64,000 bases of DNA, from assembly GCA_046563655.1 (NCBI GenBank), contig CM102285.1, forward strand, positions 13,454,001 to 13,518,000, in the 5' to 3' direction. A program made the translations under genes and the position numbers. This document shows, piece by piece, positions 61,772-64,000 of the stretch (the stretch's first letter is position 1; every line of letters starts with the position of its first letter). The notes beneath the pieces were generated by a model. It was not told where the DNA came from. It saw only the letters and a list, made by a program, of their open reading frames with translations, and ran no database searches. Source of the stretch: Yuukianura sp. NJ FZ-2021. Taxonomy: Eukaryota.

Positions 61772-64000
61772 TCAGTCTAAACTTGACTTCGAAGCTGGCA
61801 ATGCATCGTCGTCGTCATCCGGCAAACTCGTGACGAACTGGTGACCCTGACTGCACTTCTTCTCAATCAGTTCAAATAGAAGTGGGAAGGCGGTGGATGG
61901 GATGCTGAATTCAGTGGAACGAATTGACCAAGGATCCATGAAGAAAATGGAACATTCAGCGATGTCAATCAGTGCAAAGAAAAGGCCAATCACTGCCAGT
62001 CTTTGTAAATCGATTGGAGTAGAAGTCCACAGAGTTTCAACTTCTTCTACACTCTTCGGAGTTACAATCTGCTTATCCTTGTCGATCCAAATTCTTAGCG
62101 CTTCTTCTTTGTCATCAACTAGAATACTCCCCTGCAAAGAATCAAATCGATTTCACTGACTTGAACTTAATTACTCAATGTTGAATCGATGAACATTGAA
62201 ATTATTCGTCTTACAGTAAAGTCCTGACGATGAAGAAACTCCTGGTAGCGAAACTTCAGTCTTCCAGTGAGTACATTCGTTAACTTGTTGAGCTCATTGA
62301 GGTATGAATTTATTGCGGTCGTCAACTCCTGAAATTATTTGAAGTTCAAGTTAGCAATTTCATAAAAAAAAAGCAGAAGAAACCAAGGATTGGGATTTCG
62401 ATTTGGCTTACATTTTCTCGTTCTTGCATATGGTCAACGTCAATTTTGAGATCATGCAGCTCTTTCTCGTCATCGTCGCTCAAGCGATGTCCAGCTACTT
62501 CTGATTTGAAAATTTCCTCCTCCAGGAATTCGATTTTCTAATAAATAAAACATAGGATAAACACGAACGTTGAAAAACTGAATTGCAATTACGACAAACC
62601 TGGCTCCGCCATTTGATTTCGCCTTGCAATCTTTTGAACTTCAGTCGCAGGAGTCGAAGACGAGACTCGAACTTGGATTTCTTCGAATCATACGTTATGC
62701 GATAGAAATCATACCTACAAATTACAACAGAAACTTTCAAAACCTATTCAAAATGTTGAAAACAAATACAAACTAATGTAAAATGATCGCTAGTCTGAAC
62801 TCACCAAGCAGACGTGTCGTGGAGCTTGAGCAAATGAGATAGATTCGTTTCGTCTAAAAGTAACAACCAGAAAAACTCAGGTTTGATTCCAACGTGTCTC
62901 TGAATTCGCTGAATTCTCTTCCGGCTAATCACTTCAACGTTTCGTGGGAAGCGTTCCTTCGTATCTGCAGACATTACTTTGAAGTAGCTCAAAGCCAGTG
63001 GAACTCCTCGTTGAAGCGTTCGAATGATTTTGAGGTGTGAACCATACTCTCTTTGCAGTTTTGGAGCAGCATGAAGCGACAGTGTGAGTTCGATGGTGGA
63101 TTCTTCGAATCCTCTTTGTATAAAATCTGAAATGAATAGATTTCAATGTTTATAATTTGGATTGCTTTGGGATTCGGATATTATTTTTAAAGTTTTCGTT
63201 ACCTCTTGAGTTGATTCCACAAAGCGATTGTGGGTTGTGATCTGGAAGAAGCAGGTCATACCCGAGACCCAACAGAAGCGCTGTCACAGAAGCACTCTTC
63301 CCTACCCCTTGAAACGTCAAAATATTTGTTGTAGCCAGTTCCATCGTTTTGATACTCATGAAATTCTCAATCTTCACTCGTTGCACAAGGAATTTGGTCC
63401 AATTTGCCTAAGATTTCAGTTACAAATGTAAAACTTCAGATTTTGAATTAATTTAAAGCCAGGGGTTTTCCATTACGTTACCTGTTCATTGTCGCTTGGT
63501 TCCGTTGAATAGAGTTCATTGAAGCACTTCAAGGCAGTGTTAGGTGCCCAATCCATAGACTCTCGGCTGCTTTGCGTCTGTGGCATAACGCGTTGAACGA
63601 CGACTGGTTTTGAAGGGGTCCTTGGAGCGACTTTAACAGGAGACTTGAGAGCTGGTTCGCTCTTGCTGTTGGAATCAACCTTTCCTGATCTTGAATCCGA
63701 AAAAGAGCCATTTGTATGAAGCAGTATGTGTTTTTCAAGTCGAACTTTCAACTTGTGCGAATAAGTGCAGTCGTTACACAGGAATCTTCTACGCGGCCCG
63801 TCGTGATACTCCTGATGAGCAACGTACCTTACGTAGTCACGGGTTTGGTACGGACAATGAAAACACTTGAAGGTCACAACAGCTCGACGAACTCCGCATT
63901 GTATTGCCATATACGGTTTGTACTTTATCGCTGGATTTCCTTTTCGGAACCGATCATAATCGATTTTCGAAATAGAAATGGATGAGTTCGTTAGGCTTCC
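61772..64000 (-). CDS. C2H2 zinc finger fused to a hinge-less SMC6-like head protein (5' end may lie beyond the window)
   Basis: The ZnF exon (frame open from 64000 to 63482) joins through a 74-nt GT-AG intron (63408-63481), in phase 0, to VQRVKIENFMS...GVGKSASVTALLLGLG. Five further in-frame exons run to TGA 61772. Confidence 0.8.

Noticed and set aside
63473..63910. Stand-alone 145-aa zinc-finger gene as listed in the ORF track
   Set aside because: The frame is open to the window edge, and a GT donor two codons before the stop splices in frame to the SMC-like exon, so it is treated as part of one gene.
9657..63985. Many short antisense or alternate-frame ORFs in the track (e.g. 9657-10088, 26065-26415, 36373-36735, 52577-52906, 63716-63985)
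   Set aside because: They are shadows of real exons or AT-rich intron read-through, with no independent motifs.

Overview
This is a compact, AT-rich, intron-rich eukaryotic window. It is most likely from an arthropod, judged from an arthropod-type chitin synthase, a divergent ionotropic receptor, pacifastin domains and a Pvr-type HGDLAARN kinase. Splicing exons by hand gives about 18 protein-coding genes, in order: MAK/ICK kinase, EEPD1-like, a MARVEL protein, a secreted QLVARPG-repeat protein, a GPR158-like GPCR, a GT31 galactosyltransferase, FAM166/CIMIP2-like, ORMDL, DCST-like, a Pvr/VEGFR-like RTK, DNAJA, chitin synthase, a pacifastin protein, RPB3 with a nested antisense IR, mRpL37, a DHHC palmitoyltransferase and a ZnF-SMC6-like gene. 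There is also one MITE-like element. Most notable: (1) a spliced gene fusing C2H2 zinc fingers to a hinge-less, head-only SMC6-like protein with degenerate ATPase motifs; (2) the 13-mer TGACCTTTGACCT recurring in many small introns; (3) an EEPD1 lacking catalytic residues; (4) an orphan cationic secreted repeat protein; (5) an IR nested in the RPB3 intron; (6) a triplicated Ser/acidic exon in the DCST gene. Exon structures and family assignments come from manual reading and remembered family motifs, not database searches. No tRNA, rRNA or CRISPR array was recognised.
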